Origin: Stegostoma tigrinum
Lineage: Eukaryota
Assembly (NCBI RefSeq): GCF_030684315.1
Contig: NC_081376.1
Location: forward strand, 34,439,608-34,503,607
Reading direction: 5' to 3'
Length of the DNA stretch: 64,000 bases
This document shows positions 12,968 to 25,799 of the stretch, in pieces. The notes beneath the pieces were generated by a model. The model was given only the letters and a program-made list of their open reading frames with translations, searched no databases and had not been told where the DNA came from. Position 1 is the first letter of the stretch. Each line of letters starts with the position of its first letter. Both the position numbers and the translations under genes were made by a program.

Positions 12968-14330
12968 ACTTTTTATAACTATCCTAAATACTCAGGTTGC
13001 TGAGCATTGTAGTTTATCTAGAGCTTTTGACATTCTTGATGTAAACTGTACCGAAGAACTTGTATTCATCTTTATTGTTTTTCTTAAGCTAGTTAAATAT
13101 TTTTGAAAATTTAAAACTTGCTGAAATGTTTTCTGTCGCCTGGGAAGAGCTTCAGATTTGTTCTAAACCATAGGTAAAGTTCTTGCAATTGCTTCTAATC
13201 TCATTTCAAGAGAGAGCTGAATGCTTCCTGATCCAGTTAGAGATCATATTGTACGACAGTTGAGTGACTTTATGGATCACACTTGGTCCATGTATATCCT
13301 GGACTGGTTTTGATTAACTGAGGAGGTCTCGGAGGAATTTCCCAGACTTTCGTTTTCCAAAGCCAGCCCGTTTCTATTTTTGTCCTCTTCAAAGTGATTA
13401 TGTAATGACAGGGAGACTGGACTGACATTTTCTTTGTCAATGTTGTAAGCTCTAGGACTGTTCATGTGCTCCCCATCCATCTATTCAAAATACCTAATTA
13501 GTGAAAGTTACCAATGTCAGACATGTAAATTTTAAAACAAAATTGTATTGTCTGGCCTAAACTTTACAGGAGAATGATCTCCATGACATTCTTGATTCTT
13601 TGCAGAAAGTCATGCTGCTAAAGCACAGGGAACAGGTGATCTTGGCAGGGCTGGGGTTATGGAGAGGAACTTGAGGTTTTTAGGATGTTCAATACAGACC
13701 CAGTTTCGTAGCCAATGTTTTACTTTAGTGCAGCACTCCTTTGCCCTGTTAGTTTCTTTTGGGTGTGACATGAGCGTCAAAACTAATGCCAAATAATGAC
13801 AGTCTCCAGTTACAGAATCCAACCATTACCCCTTGACATTCAGTGTCATTATCATCATTGAATATCGCTCTCCTCTGTGCTCCCCCCCCCGACCCCATCT
13901 TGAAAAATAGAGTTACTGTTGACTAGAAACTGACTGGATTAGACGTATACATGCACGTCAGAGGCTAGGAGTTAGAAGGATAAGGCATGAGAACACCACC
14001 ACCTGCAAATTCCCCCCCAAGTCTCTCGCCACCCTTGACTTCCTACTTTTGTTACTGAGTCCAATTCTAGAATCCCCTCCCTGACCACAGTGTGGGTGTA
14101 CCTACATGACGTGGATGGCATTATTTCAAGAAAGTTGCTCGCCGCCACCTTCTGATGGGCAATAAATGTTGGCCCACATGACACACACGTTTTTCAAATA
14201 ATCTTACTTTTCTAGATTCCTTTCTCTTGGGGAGAGATGAGGATGTATGTTTACAAACATGCAGTTGGAGTTTTAGATTTTACAGACAAATATTTACATC
14301 CTTACCACTGTTTTATCTCTCTGTGGGAAG

Positions 14331-14453
14331 GATACAGACCTGGTGCCTGGTGATATTGCTGCAGGACTGACTCTCCTGCATCAGGAGCAGGATAAGAAAG
14401 AGAAGTGGAGTGATCTGGAGGAGGTGGCTTGTACTCTGCCTCAACCACAATCT
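14331..14453 (+). CDS. DAGLB: DAGLB exon 5
   Basis: DTDLVPGDIAAGLTLLHQEQD...PQS; acceptor aag, donor gtaagt. Confidence 0.93.
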
Positions 14454-15552
14454 GTAAGTTCGCAGTTGAGAATTTTACATCTTATTGATCCAGCAGTGAC
14501 TTTTTAATTTCTAAAGAATACTCAAGCTCCTTTTTTACAATTACTGGAATTGAATTATTAAACATACAAAAGATATGACTTTTTTCTGTTCCTTATCTTT
14601 AATACAGTCAGATTGACACTGCAGAAATCAATAAAGTGGCAGGAGAAATGGTTCTTTGCATCTCTCGGAAGGCTAACACTGATCACCAGCAGCACAATGT
14701 AACAGTATTTACAGCACAGAAACATACCACTCAGTCAACTGTCCGGTGTTGACGTTTATGCTTTGCACAACTCCCTTTCATCTCACTGCTCTGCTGCTTC
14801 CTCCCTCATGCTTATCTAGCCAGTCCTTTAAATGCATCTGTGCTTGTTGCCTCAGCTACGTGTCATAACCCTCTCCGCTTTCTTATCATTGTGCAAGCTA
14901 TATCCCTTTTAAGAAGTTTTTGGGGGTGTTGACTCAGCAGCATTCCTTTTGCAATTTTGGGGCAGGAAGAAGCTCTTTGCTAACTACAGACAAGCTTTCA
15001 AACTTGTGGCTGCCATAATACTGATGGTGCTGTATTGGATTCTGGTTGGGGCTCAATGTTAACAATCAATAACCATAAATGTATCATGTATTGCCAATTG
15101 TTGCTTGCACTCCAGCAGTAGTCAGCCAATACCAAACATATAACTGTCTATGCATTAATTGCCAGAAACACTAGATTTCTGATCATTTTGCCACTTTGTA
15201 CGCAATCACCCAAAAGTCACCCCATGCATGCCCCGTGCACACGTGTGCACACATGCATGCATATACACACACGTGCACCAAGAGGTAATGTTTCAGGCAG
15301 TTCTGGCTGACCAGAAAGCATCAGTATGAACATATCTGCAAGGGCTATCATGCAATAGTAGGTTACTCGTAAACTGCACGTTAGTAGATGCATTGATGGG
15401 TTACCCTATGACTGAAACCCAGGAGAGAAGCAGCTTGAGTCAGCTAGTTCCCTAGTCCATCACAGTCTCCTGGAATGGACATAAGAACCTAATTTCTGTT
15501 GGTTATGTCTTAATAAGTTACGTGTCTTGGCATCATCTGTTGTTTTTACTAG

Positions 15553-15686
15553 GCTGAAGAGCTGGATATAGAATTGGAGAACTCTGCTCACTACATGCAG
15601 TTTGCTGTTGCAGCATATGGATGGCCATTATACATCTTCAGTAACCCCCTAACTGGCATATGCAGGCTGAGCCATAACTGCATGTG
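15553..15686 (+). CDS. DAGLB: DAGLB exon 6
   Basis: [27 protein letters not shown]...; donor gtaagt. Confidence 0.94.
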
Positions 15687-16301
15687 GTAAGTCCTAATGG
15701 TTTTCAGTACTTACAACCTGCTCAGAATGGTCCTGAAGGTGCCTCCTTAGGTTGTGATAACCATGACTGTAATTATGACACCAAGTCCAATATTTTGCTC
15801 TGGGTAGTTTTCAAACCAGAGTCCCCACAATTTCTGCATTTATTGACAATTGAGCACATGATTTCTAGTGCTGTTTTGATTGAAATTCTTTCTTACAAGT
15901 AAAATATATTTTATGGTTACTAGTCTCTTTGTAGGATTGCAGAATGATTATAACATAGAAGGAGACCATTCGACCTGTTGTGTCCTGTCAGCTGTCTACA
16001 AGAGCAACTCAGCCAGTCTAACTCTTGCATCTTTTACCTGTAACCTGTAACCCTGGGAATCTTTTCTCCAGATATTTATCTGGATTCTCATTTGAAAGCC
16101 ATGATTGTGTCTGCTTCCATCACACTTTCAGGCAGTGCATGTGGCAACAGATCCTAGCCACTCACTATGTAGAAAATGTTTTCTTCATGCTACCACGTGT
16201 TCTTTTGTCATTAACTTTGTACTGGTGTCCTCTGGTTCTCAGCTGTTCCACCAGTGGGGACAGTTTTATCAATGTCTACTCTGTCCATATCATATGTGAC
16301 G

Positions 16302-16420
16302 GTATTCCCAGTCTTCTGGACAATTGTGCTGGGGTTCCAAATCCTCTCCAGACAGACAGGGATGGAGATGGAGTCGCAGATGCATGTGACAGTTGTCCTG
16401 AGATGAGTAATCTCACACAG
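16302..16420 (+). pseudogene. Orphan thrombospondin type-3 repeat exon (THBS3-like) in DAGLB intron 6
   Basis: (G)[39 protein letters not shown] followed by a gt donor; no AG acceptor. Confidence 0.85.
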
Positions 16421-16892
16421 GTACTATCTATCACCTTCCACAATCCTTTTGTAAACAGATACTGCTTTTTGATGGAAGCAACAAAATACCTGCTGCAGAA
16501 TCCAGATTCTACTCTGTGTGATCGGTGTTTGTGTAAGTTCCTGCTAGATTCCAGTCACCTCTTTATTCCTTGCTTGGATTCTGTTCTCCTATATACCGCA
16601 CTCTTACAATATTGGATCCCACTGGAATCATCTGGAATGCCTTGGATAGATTTACCGGCCCCAGTCCCTCTTGTGGCATGAGCCCAGGCTATAAGGACCA
16701 GAAGGGATGTTTACCCATTTGATATGAGGCAGAAGGTAGGCTTACTGTTGACGAACATTAAACAGGTTCACTCCATCTTTCTGGAAAGCAAACTACATTA
16801 CAACTAAAGATATGAGGCATTGGGTTCCACTGAAGCGTAAGTTCACTTTGCTACTTTAGCTGAACACTGTTAACACAGAGAAAAATCACTAA

Positions 16893-18498
16893 GATGGGAT
16901 TGAGGTTCACAAGGAAGAGGTATTAGAAATCCTACAGAGTGTGAAGATAGATAAGTCCCCTGGGCCGGATGGGATTTATCCTAGAATCCTCTAGGAGGCC
17001 AGGGAGGAGATTGCTGAGCCTTTGACATTGATCTTTAACTCGTCATTGTCTACAGGAATAGTCCCAGATGACTGGAGGATAGCAAATGTGGTTCCCCTGT
17101 TCAAGAAGGGGAGTAGAGACAACCCTGGTAATTATAGACCAGTGAGCCTTACCTCAGTTGTTGGTAAAGTGTTGGAAAAGGTTATAAGGAATAGGATTTA
17201 TAATCATCTAGAAAAGAATAATTTGATTAGGGATAGTCAGCACGGTTTTGTGAAGGGTAGGTCGTGCCTCACAAACCTTATTGAGTTCTTTGAGAAGGTG
17301 ACCAAACAGGTAGATGAGAGTAAACCGGTTGATGTGGTGTATATGGATTTCGGCAAGGCGTTCGATAAGGTTCCCCACCATTTTATTTTATTTTACAAAA
17401 TGCGGAGGAATGGAATTGTGGGAGATATAGCAGTTTGGATCTGAAATTGGCTTGCTGAAAGAAGACAGAGGGTGGTAGTTGATGGGAAATGTTCATCCTG
17501 GAGACCAGTTACTAGTGGTGTACCGCAAGGGTCAGTGATGGGTCCACTGCTGTTTGTCGTTTTTATAAATGACCTGGATGAGGGCGTAGAAGGATGGGTT
17601 AGTAAATTTGCAGACGACGCTAAGGTCGGTGGAGTTGTGGATAGTGAAGAAGGATGCTGTAGGTTGCAGAGAGACATAGATAAGCTGCAGAGCTGGGCTG
17701 AGAGGTGGCAAATGGAGTTTAATGCAGACAAGTGTGAGGTGATGCACTTTGGTAGGAGTAACCGGAAGGCAAAGTACTGGGCTAGTGGTAAGATTCCTGG
17801 TAGTGTAACTGAGCGGAGAGATCTCGGTGTCCACATACACAGATCCTTGAAAGTTGCCACCCAGGTTGACAGGGCTGTTAAGAAGGCATATACAGTGTTT
17901 TAGCTTTTATTAATAGAGGGATCGAGTTCCGGAACCAAGAAGTTATGCTGCAGCTGTACAAAACTCTGGTGCGGCCGCACTTGGAGTATTGCCTACAGTT
18001 CTGGTCACCGCATCATAAGAAGGATATGGAAGCTTTGGAAAGGGTGCAGAGGAGATTTACTTGGATGTTGCCGGTATGGAGGGAAGGTGTTACGAGGAAA
18101 GGCTGAGGGACTTGAGGCTGTTTTCATTGGAGAAGAAGGTTGAGAGGTGACTTAATTGAAACATAAAATAATCAGAGAGTTGGATAGGGAGAACCTTTTT
18201 CCTAGGATGGTGATGGTGAGCATATGGGGGGCATAGCTTTAAATTGAGGGGTGAAAGATATAGGACAGATGTCAGAGGTAGTTTCTTTACTCAGAGTAGT
18301 AAGGGAATGGAGGCTTTGCCTGCAACGGTAGTAGATTTGCCAACTCTAGGTACATTTAAGTCGTCATTGGATGAGCATATGGACGTACATGGAATAGTGT
18401 AGGTTAGATGGACTTCAGATTGGTATGACAGGTCGGCACAACGTCAAGGGCCGAAGGGCCTGTACCGTGCTGTAATGTTCTATGTTCTATGTTCTATA
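16893..18498 (+). mobile_element. CR1-type LINE, 5'-truncated (RT domain + 3' tail)
   Basis: RT motifs PGNYRPVSLTS, YMDFGKAFDKV, GVPQGS, FADD; stops and frameshifts; (ttctatg)n tail. Confidence 0.93.
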
Positions 18499-19640
18499 TG
18501 TGATTTTGAACAGCTGCATCAATGTTCTGTTCATTGAGGAAAGGAGTCTTTGGCAGTCAATCTTCATAATTGAGATCTCTCATCTCTGGAGCTGTGTGGA
18601 ATGCTTCAAATTGGATACATTCCTTCAGTTGAGACCATATCAGTTCTTAGGCTTATAGAAAGCTTAGAATTCTGTATGTTTTAACTGCTTTCTCAGTCTG
18701 TCCTGCTGCCCGCAGTGATTTGTCCACATGTACCTCCAGTTTCTTTTGCTTCTGCATTCTATTTAGAATCACACCTTTCAGGTTATAGTCTTTCCAGGGC
18801 TGTTTATGGACCAAAAGAGAGATGATCTTGTGTAGGCCGAGGTGCTAAATGGGAGCTTTGCACTTGTTTTCACAACTGAAAAGGATGCTGCCTAGGGTGA
18901 CCAAATGTAAGTTTCTTCTTAAAAAAACAACTTTCCCTTGACTATATGTACCATGAAACATCCTGCACTGGAATCTGATTGCTACATAAAACCACACTGA
19001 GGAAGTCCAGTTAGATCTGATTAGTCTGAAGCTGTTGAACAGTACTGGCTGCCAGGAAATTTAACTGCGAATGCAGCTACTGATGTGTACTAGTGATATT
19101 TTGCGGGGATTTGTTTTGGGGAAGGAAGGGAAACTCTGTTGGCTAAAATCCTGTCAGTAATGATGCTTTAACCTCACTCAGTTTTCAACACCAAAGAACA
19201 TATGTGCAAGTTACAACTTCACACTGAGTTTGTTTGAATTGAAAGCAAGTTACTCATTTTATTGAGCAATGGTGTCAGGGTGAATTAGTCAGTCATAGCC
19301 TTTATTTATGGACATCAGGAATGGGAGAAGGTAATTAACCAAATCACGACTATTCTTTATCTAGGCATCCAGGTTCTAATTGCCTTAACACCTTTTGCAG
19401 AACAAAATGATAAGTCTTGATGTTTTCAAATGACCATTTTTGTCTAACCTTGTTCAACCTCAACGACTTTTGAAGGGGTGAGGGAAAGGCACGGGGAGAA
19501 AGAGGTCCAGACGCCCATTTTGGTTTGCATGAAGAACTGTGACTATTGCCGAGTGTTCATTATCTGGTTTGTAATCGCGATTACTTTAAAACTCGTGAAA
19601 CGGGACTCAGCGGTTTAATGTCAGTTATTTCTCTCTCAAG

Positions 19641-19767
19641 TTGCAGAAGCCAATTTCCTGAACAGGACATAGTCGGTGGGGATCATGTGGGCTGCCATTT
19701 CACCTCCATGCTGCAAACTACAGGGCTGCAAAACCGGGATTTTATCTACATCAGTTTTCACAACAAG
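19641..19767 (+). CDS. DAGLB: DAGLB exon 7
   Basis: [20 protein letters not shown]...[10 protein letters not shown]; donor gtaaca. Confidence 0.94.
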
Positions 19768-20637
19768 GTAACAACTGTCATGGGCAGGCTAAAAAAGAAA
19801 ACTATCTACAGCATGGCATCTCTAAATTTGCAGCTTAACTACAATCAAAAGTGCTAAGGGGATGTCACATACTCTTGGAGGGGCAGAGCTGATGGAGCAC
19901 TGCGCTGTGGAGGGGCAGTGCTGAAGAGATGCTATGATATGGAAGTGCAGAACTTCAGATGAGATAGCCATCATTAAATGTCCTGTTCAGTTTCCTTAGA
20001 ACAAAAACTTTTTTTTTAAGGATCTCCTGTTGAAGGACAGATTTATCTGGCAACCCTTTAATTACTACTTGTGGGAGCTTGTATACAAATTGGTCATATT
20101 TACCGTGTTATTGCCGTTTACTGTGCTATCAAAGTAATCCATTGGATGTAAAATGCAATGTGATGTTCTGGTGGGAGAACAAGCTCTTAAGAATACAAAC
20201 TTGTTCTTGTGTTTTTTTTAATTGTGGTTTGCAAATATTTTCTGTTTCTAGAACAATTGGCATTAGTGCGTAGAAAGGAACTAATAAATTGAAGGTTTTG
20301 CAAAGCTAGCAGTACATGTAATTACAAAGATCATTCGTGTGCTAGAATCACGTGTTCTTTCCTTTATTTCAGTAGCTCAAATCTTCCAAAACACAACAAC
20401 CTGCTTCAGCATGTGAGAGCAATTGAGATGCCTACCTATGGTACTATCATTAATCTCAAGAGGCAGGGTGACACTTTTGCTGTTCTCCATTTTGTGGGGC
20501 TTTTTTCGTTTTCTGTAAACATTGAGAGTGAAAGACACAGCTGAGTAATAGTGAGCTATTTTCAAAAACTAAGTCAGAATGATTTGTGGCTGTTCTAAAT
20601 CTCGGATATTGTCTTATTTTCACCCCATTTGGTGCAG

Positions 20638-20721
20638 ATTTACGAAATTCCGTTTTACGTGGCACTGGATCACAAAAAGGAGGCTGTGGTGGTGGCTGTG
20701 AGAGGAACTCTTTCACTCGAG
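20638..20721 (+). CDS. DAGLB: DAGLB exon 8
   Basis: [28 protein letters not shown]; donor gttagt. Confidence 0.95.
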
Positions 20722-21019
20722 GTTAGTCTTCCCTCAGCTCTATAACACAGTCGGTCAGTTTAACTTAGTGCTGGAGAAGCTTCTAGAGATGATGATTGAC
20801 CGCAAAATTAATTGTGTTTTCTCTTAACTGTGGTTTTATTGTGTTTTTGTTTCTGCTGAGATAGGAGGGTTGATGAGGGTAACAAAATCAAATTACAGGA
20901 GAAAGCATCTGAAGTCCCTACTGTCTCTCTGAGGGAGAAACTCAGCAGGTCTGGCAGCGTCTGTGGAGAGAGAAACAGCACAGCGAATTTTGTACTTCAG
21001 TAATAGGGCAAAGATTGCA

Positions 21020-21850
21020 AAAGCCTGGAAGTTACATTACACCATCACAAAACACTGGTTCAACCACAACTGGATTATTATGTCTTTAGAGAAGTTGTGA
21101 AGACATTAAAGGGAGTACAGAGAAGATTCATAAGAATGGTCCTAGGGATGAGGAGCTTTAGATTAGATTCCCTACAGTGTGGAAACAGGCCCTTTGGCCC
21201 AACAAGTCCACACCACCCCTTGAAGCATCCCACCCAGACCCATCCCTCTATAACCCACACAACCCCTGAACACCACGGGCAATTTAGCATGGCCGATCCA
21301 CCTAACCTGCACACCTTGGGACTGTGGGAGGAAACCGGGGCACCCAGAGGAAACCCACGCAGACACGGGGAGAATGTGCAAACTCCACACAGACAATCGC
21401 CTGAGGCTGGAATCGAACCCAGGTCCCTGGCGCTATGAGGCTGCAGTGCTAACCACTGAGGCACCCACACGGGAGATGTTGATAGTTTGGAAAACCCGGG
21501 ACTGTATTTCTTTGAAAAGATTAGGAGGTTCACTGAAAGTATTCAAAATCATGAGTGATTTGGACAGAGCACACAAGGCGAGTAACTGTTGGTGGAAGGA
21601 TAGAAAACTGGAAGACATTGATTTAGGGTAATTGGTAAAAGAAACAACACCTGATATGAGAAATTTTTTGGCACAGTGAGCAATTAGGATCTGTATACGT
21701 TGTTCTAGAGTGTGGTAAAGGCAGATTATATCCAAGTTTCCTTTAAAAGGGAATTCGGTTATTATTTGGAAAGAAAGAATGTGCAGAGTTACAATGGTGG
21801 TGCTGTAACCTAAGTGAATTACTGTTCCATAAACTAACACTTGCACGAAG
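21020..21850 (+). mobile_element. Old CR1 fragment interrupted by a V-SINE
   Basis: LKGVQRRFIRM before the SINE; CR1 sequence resumes after it. Confidence 0.65.
21158..21468 (-). mobile_element. V-SINE (HE1-like) tRNA-derived SINE
   Basis: tRNA-like head with A/B boxes; V-domain tgtggagtttgcacattctccccgtgtctgcgtgggtttcctc; CR1-like tail. Confidence 0.9.
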
Positions 21851-22374
21851 TGTCAGTGGGCTACCTTCTGGGCTGTAATTATGCAAAACAAAACAGGCTA
21901 TATTTTTCAGCACGGTTACCAGCAAAGGGCAGTCAGAATCCACCTGAACTTGTGTGTAAGGAGAAGAGAGCTGTGAATGCTGGAAATCAGAAATAAAACA
22001 AAAACAAGAGATTGTTGGAAAAACACCGCACCTCTGGCAGCATCTATGGACAGAAATTGAGTTAACATTTTAGGTCCATTGACCCTTCTTCAGAACAGGG
22101 AGTCAATCACGGTACTTCCTAAACGGCTACTGAGAGAGCCACACAGACTGCATTGGACAAAAAGCAACTCTTGAGTTCACATATGCAATTTGTAAGGAAA
22201 TATTGCTAACTCTGATCCAAATGCTGAGGCGCCGGCTTGGTCTGCTCCCACTGGTAACGCTGTCTTGGCCCATCCATCCATCCATCTGCCTGTCTGTCTG
22301 TCCCACTCCATTGTTGAATCTGCCCTTGCACAAACCAGAGTTGTTCATGCAAAATGGTGAGCATCAAGACTAAC

Positions 22375-22502
22375 TTTCAGAAGTGTCTAGGCCCGAAACG
22401 TCAGTCTTCCTGCTCCTCTGATGCTGCTTGGCCTGCTGTGTTCATCCAGCTGTACACCTTGTAACTCAGATTCTCCAGCATCTGCAGTTCCAACTATCTC
22501 TG
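22375..22502 (+). mobile_element. Short retroelement of the same family (no inversion)
   Basis: gcccgaaacgtcag...ccagcatctgcagttccaactatctc; flanked by imperfect repeat aagact(a/g)act. Confidence 0.65.
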
Positions 22503-22789
22503 AAGACTGACTGGCACCTGTGTTTGTAAGTAGGGCATGTAAGTGCTGATTTTGCTAGTTCTGACAGTTTAAATGTACAAGTTCTTAAAAGCCCTGGTTG
22601 CCTTAGAAAGGATTTTATCGGTGTTGTTGTAGTAATTAATTGCACCACTAGATGTCTCCTTGAAGCAATAGGCCAGATTTTGTGTTGCTTCTTTGTGGCA
22701 CCAAGGCTGAATAATGCTGGGAATTGAAAAATGAACCAATCACCTCTGCTTTCTCTCATTGGTTCTTCATTTTTCAAATCTGCATTTGT

Positions 22790-23570
22790 GAGATGTTGGT
22801 GTTACTGGCTAGGCCAGTGTTTTATTAATTTCCGGCATCTGCAAATTTGTGTTTTTCTTTTTGAAAATCCCTAATTACCCTGGAAGGGAATGGTGAGCTC
22901 CCTCCTTAAATTGCTGCAGCTCTTGTGGTTTATGGACGCCCACAGGATTTCCAGGATTTTAGCCCAGCAACAGTGAAGAAATGGTTATATGGTTCCAAGT
23001 CAGGATGGCATGTTGCTTCAGGGTGAACTTGCAAACGGTGGCTTTCCTCCATATCTTGTTCTTCAAGGTGTTAGAGGTCGTAGATTTGGAATGTGGTGTC
23101 ACAGAAGCCTTGGTGAGTTACTGCAGTGTGTTTTCTGGATAATGCCCACTGCTGCCATTAGGATCCCTGGTGAAGGGAGTGAGGGTTGGACATGGTGAAT
23201 GGGTTTCCAGTCAAACAGGTTGCTTTGCTCCAGACAATGCTGAGCTTTTTGAGTGTTTTGAATTTGCACTCATCCAGACAAATGGGGAATATTACATTGT
23301 ACTCCTGAGTCCGTCTTGTGGCGAGTGGACAGCCACTGGGGAGTCAACAGTGAGCTTCTCACTGCAGAATGTCTTGCTTCAGACCTATTTTATGTAGCCA
23401 TAGAGTTTAAATGCTGGTCCAGTTCAGCTTCTGGTCATTAGTAACAGCCAGGATGTTGATAATAGAATGATCCAATGACGATAATGCCATTGAATGTCAA
23501 GGGACATTGGGTAGATTCTCTCTTGTTGAAAATGGTCATAGTTTGGCATACATATAGTGTGGATGATTCT
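22790..23570 (-). mobile_element. Second-family LINE 3' part
   Basis: Reverse-complement similarity to about 31000-31730. Confidence 0.7.
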
Positions 23571-25361
23571 TGTCCTTACCCACATCCTTTCCTAGTTGAG
23601 ACTGTAAGAAAATGATATGTTTTAAGCTGGTTGCAGAATCTCCAACTAAGGCTGATCTCACTGGGGTTGTGTTGTCAACAAGACAAACACATCCACCCAA
23701 GAGTTCGAGATGGGGGATTTCAAGTCAGTAATAGTCTTGCTTTACTATTTGATCACCATTGCAATCTGAGATACATTACAGCTAGAGAAATCCTCAAAAC
23801 CCTAAATTGTACAATACTCTGCATCTAAATAGTATTATTAACTCGTGTTTTGAGGTTCTTCACTAGAATGAACACATCCAAGAAATGCCACCAAACCAAA
23901 GTAGGTGATTAAAAACTTGGTCAAAGAAGTTGATTTTCAGGAGTGTCTTCAAGGAGCAGGGTTAGGGCGGGGTGGGGGAAAATTTACAGAATTCAAGAGT
24001 TAAGACCCCAGGCAAATGAAGGCTTGGCTACCAAAGGTGGAGCGGTAGAAGTTGGGCTAGTGTGAGAGATCAGAGTTGGAGGAGCTCAGAGACTGAGAGA
24101 CGTTACAGAGGTAGGACAGACAAGGTTATGGAGGAATTTGAAAATGTCTTAAAATTGATTTTTTAAAATTCAGAGGAACTTCAAAGCAGTGACTGAATAA
24201 CATCAAGAAAGAAAATACTGATTGCTTAGGTAAAGAGTTTGGTCCAGAAAGTGCTTTGAAAAGATTGATCAACTTGGTGTGCACACACTATTATCAAACC
24301 TGGCACTTTCCTGATCTGATTTCATTGGTTCCTGAATGGACAATTATCAACTGAAGCATTAGGGTCATAATGATCCCAACTAATGGTAATACTGACAAAT
24401 CTGATCACAGAGCGAAACCTAGCCCGTAAGTTTTCTTTTTACAATTTAGTTACCATGGTGTTCAGTCATTCATCATATACATTAGATGCTGCCAAAATAC
24501 TTTTCTAAAAGAGCATCAAAGTTTATTACACAAAAAAGGAGTAAAAGCACTATTTTAAAATACAGAAACTATTTTAAAAAGCCTTATTATAAATATCTGA
24601 AATAAAGATTCAACCCCTGCCGTCCACGACAATGTTACAGATTCTCAAACCTCCATGAGGGATCGCCTTATTTCCACTTTATAATTCCTTAATATGTTGA
24701 CACACTGTTCTTGGTTTCTTTAGTTCACAGTTCTTCATGAGACTTTTAAATAAATTGCTAGCACAGCTCATGTATTCCTTCACCACCCCTTCCACAGTCT
24801 TTCATTTCTGCAGATTTCTCATACTGACATAAACCACTCAGGACTCTTCTCCCGCTCTGATGGTTCTGGAGGTCACTAAGCTAACAGCACCTTTTTGCTG
24901 CTGACCTGTTCCCTCAGGCAGAAACCTGTATGGTCTCTGAAAGAAACCTTTTGGATGGTTCTGTCTTTCCAAAAGAGCTGGTTTCTACCTTTTGTTTCTA
25001 CGTTTTCCCTCCTTGAGTCATAGGACGCCTTACTGCTGGGCAATGACCTTTTTGTTACTGTCATCAAATCTTTCGTTTTCTAAAGCACTGAACTATTCAC
25101 TTCTCGGGGGTTTTTTTTAAAAGCCTTACTTATTTGCATGTAAACATATTTACAGCCACTCTAGCTCAGTTCAAAACTGAAACTAAAACTCTGCCCTTCT
25201 TAACATACTCCACACAGATATACCAATTATTAAAAATTATTATGCTTGTTTCTGTCAACTTTGTAGGAGCCAAATTTCCACTAATAAAAAGCAGATTAAA
25301 ATATTTTCACTTATTGTTGTGACATGTGGGCGCCAAGTTGATAGTGCATGAACTGAATAAA

Positions 25362-25725
25362 GTTTATGAAATCATGAGGGGCATAGGTAGGGTGAATAGA
25401 CCAGGTCTTTTCCCCCTGGGGTGGGGGAGTCCAACACTAGACGGCATAGGTTTAAGGTGAGAGGGGAAAGGTTTAAAAGGGACCTAAAGGGCAACTTTTT
25501 CACATGGTGGTGCATTTATGAAATGAGCTGCCAGAGGAAGTGGTGGAGGCTGGTACAGTTACAACATTTAAAAGGCATCTGGATGGGTATATGAATAGGA
25601 AGGGTTTAGAGGGATATGGGCCAAATGCTGGCAAATGGGACTAGATTTATTAGGGTATCTGGTTGGCAGGGATGAGTTGACCCGAAGGATCTGTTTTTGT
25701 ATAGTACATCTCAATGACTATGACT
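25362..25725 (+). mobile_element. CR1-type LINE 3' tail
   Basis: gtttatgaaatcatgagggg...gagctgccagaggaagtggtggaggc typical CR1 tail. Confidence 0.8.
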
Positions 25726-25799
25726 TTATGACCTTAATCTTTCTCCATCCAGTAATTCCTGTCTGCTATCCATGCTTACATCTATTAATTAACCTACAG

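Noticed and set aside
15223-15278. 16-bp palindrome GTGCACACGTGTGCAC in an alternating purine-pyrimidine tract
   Set aside because: Explained by a degenerate (CA/TG) microsatellite.
16025-16681. 218-aa ORF as a complete gene
   Set aside because: Only about 40 aa are thrombospondin-like. The rest is antisense CR1 and unassigned sequence, and the start is not ATG.
17022-17903. RT-like ORFs as an active retroelement or host gene
   Set aside because: 5'-truncated CR1 with in-frame stops and frameshifts.
21158-21468. tRNA genes at SINE heads (also 35620, 46774, 62012)
   Set aside because: The A/B boxes run directly into the V-SINE core; no cloverleaf.
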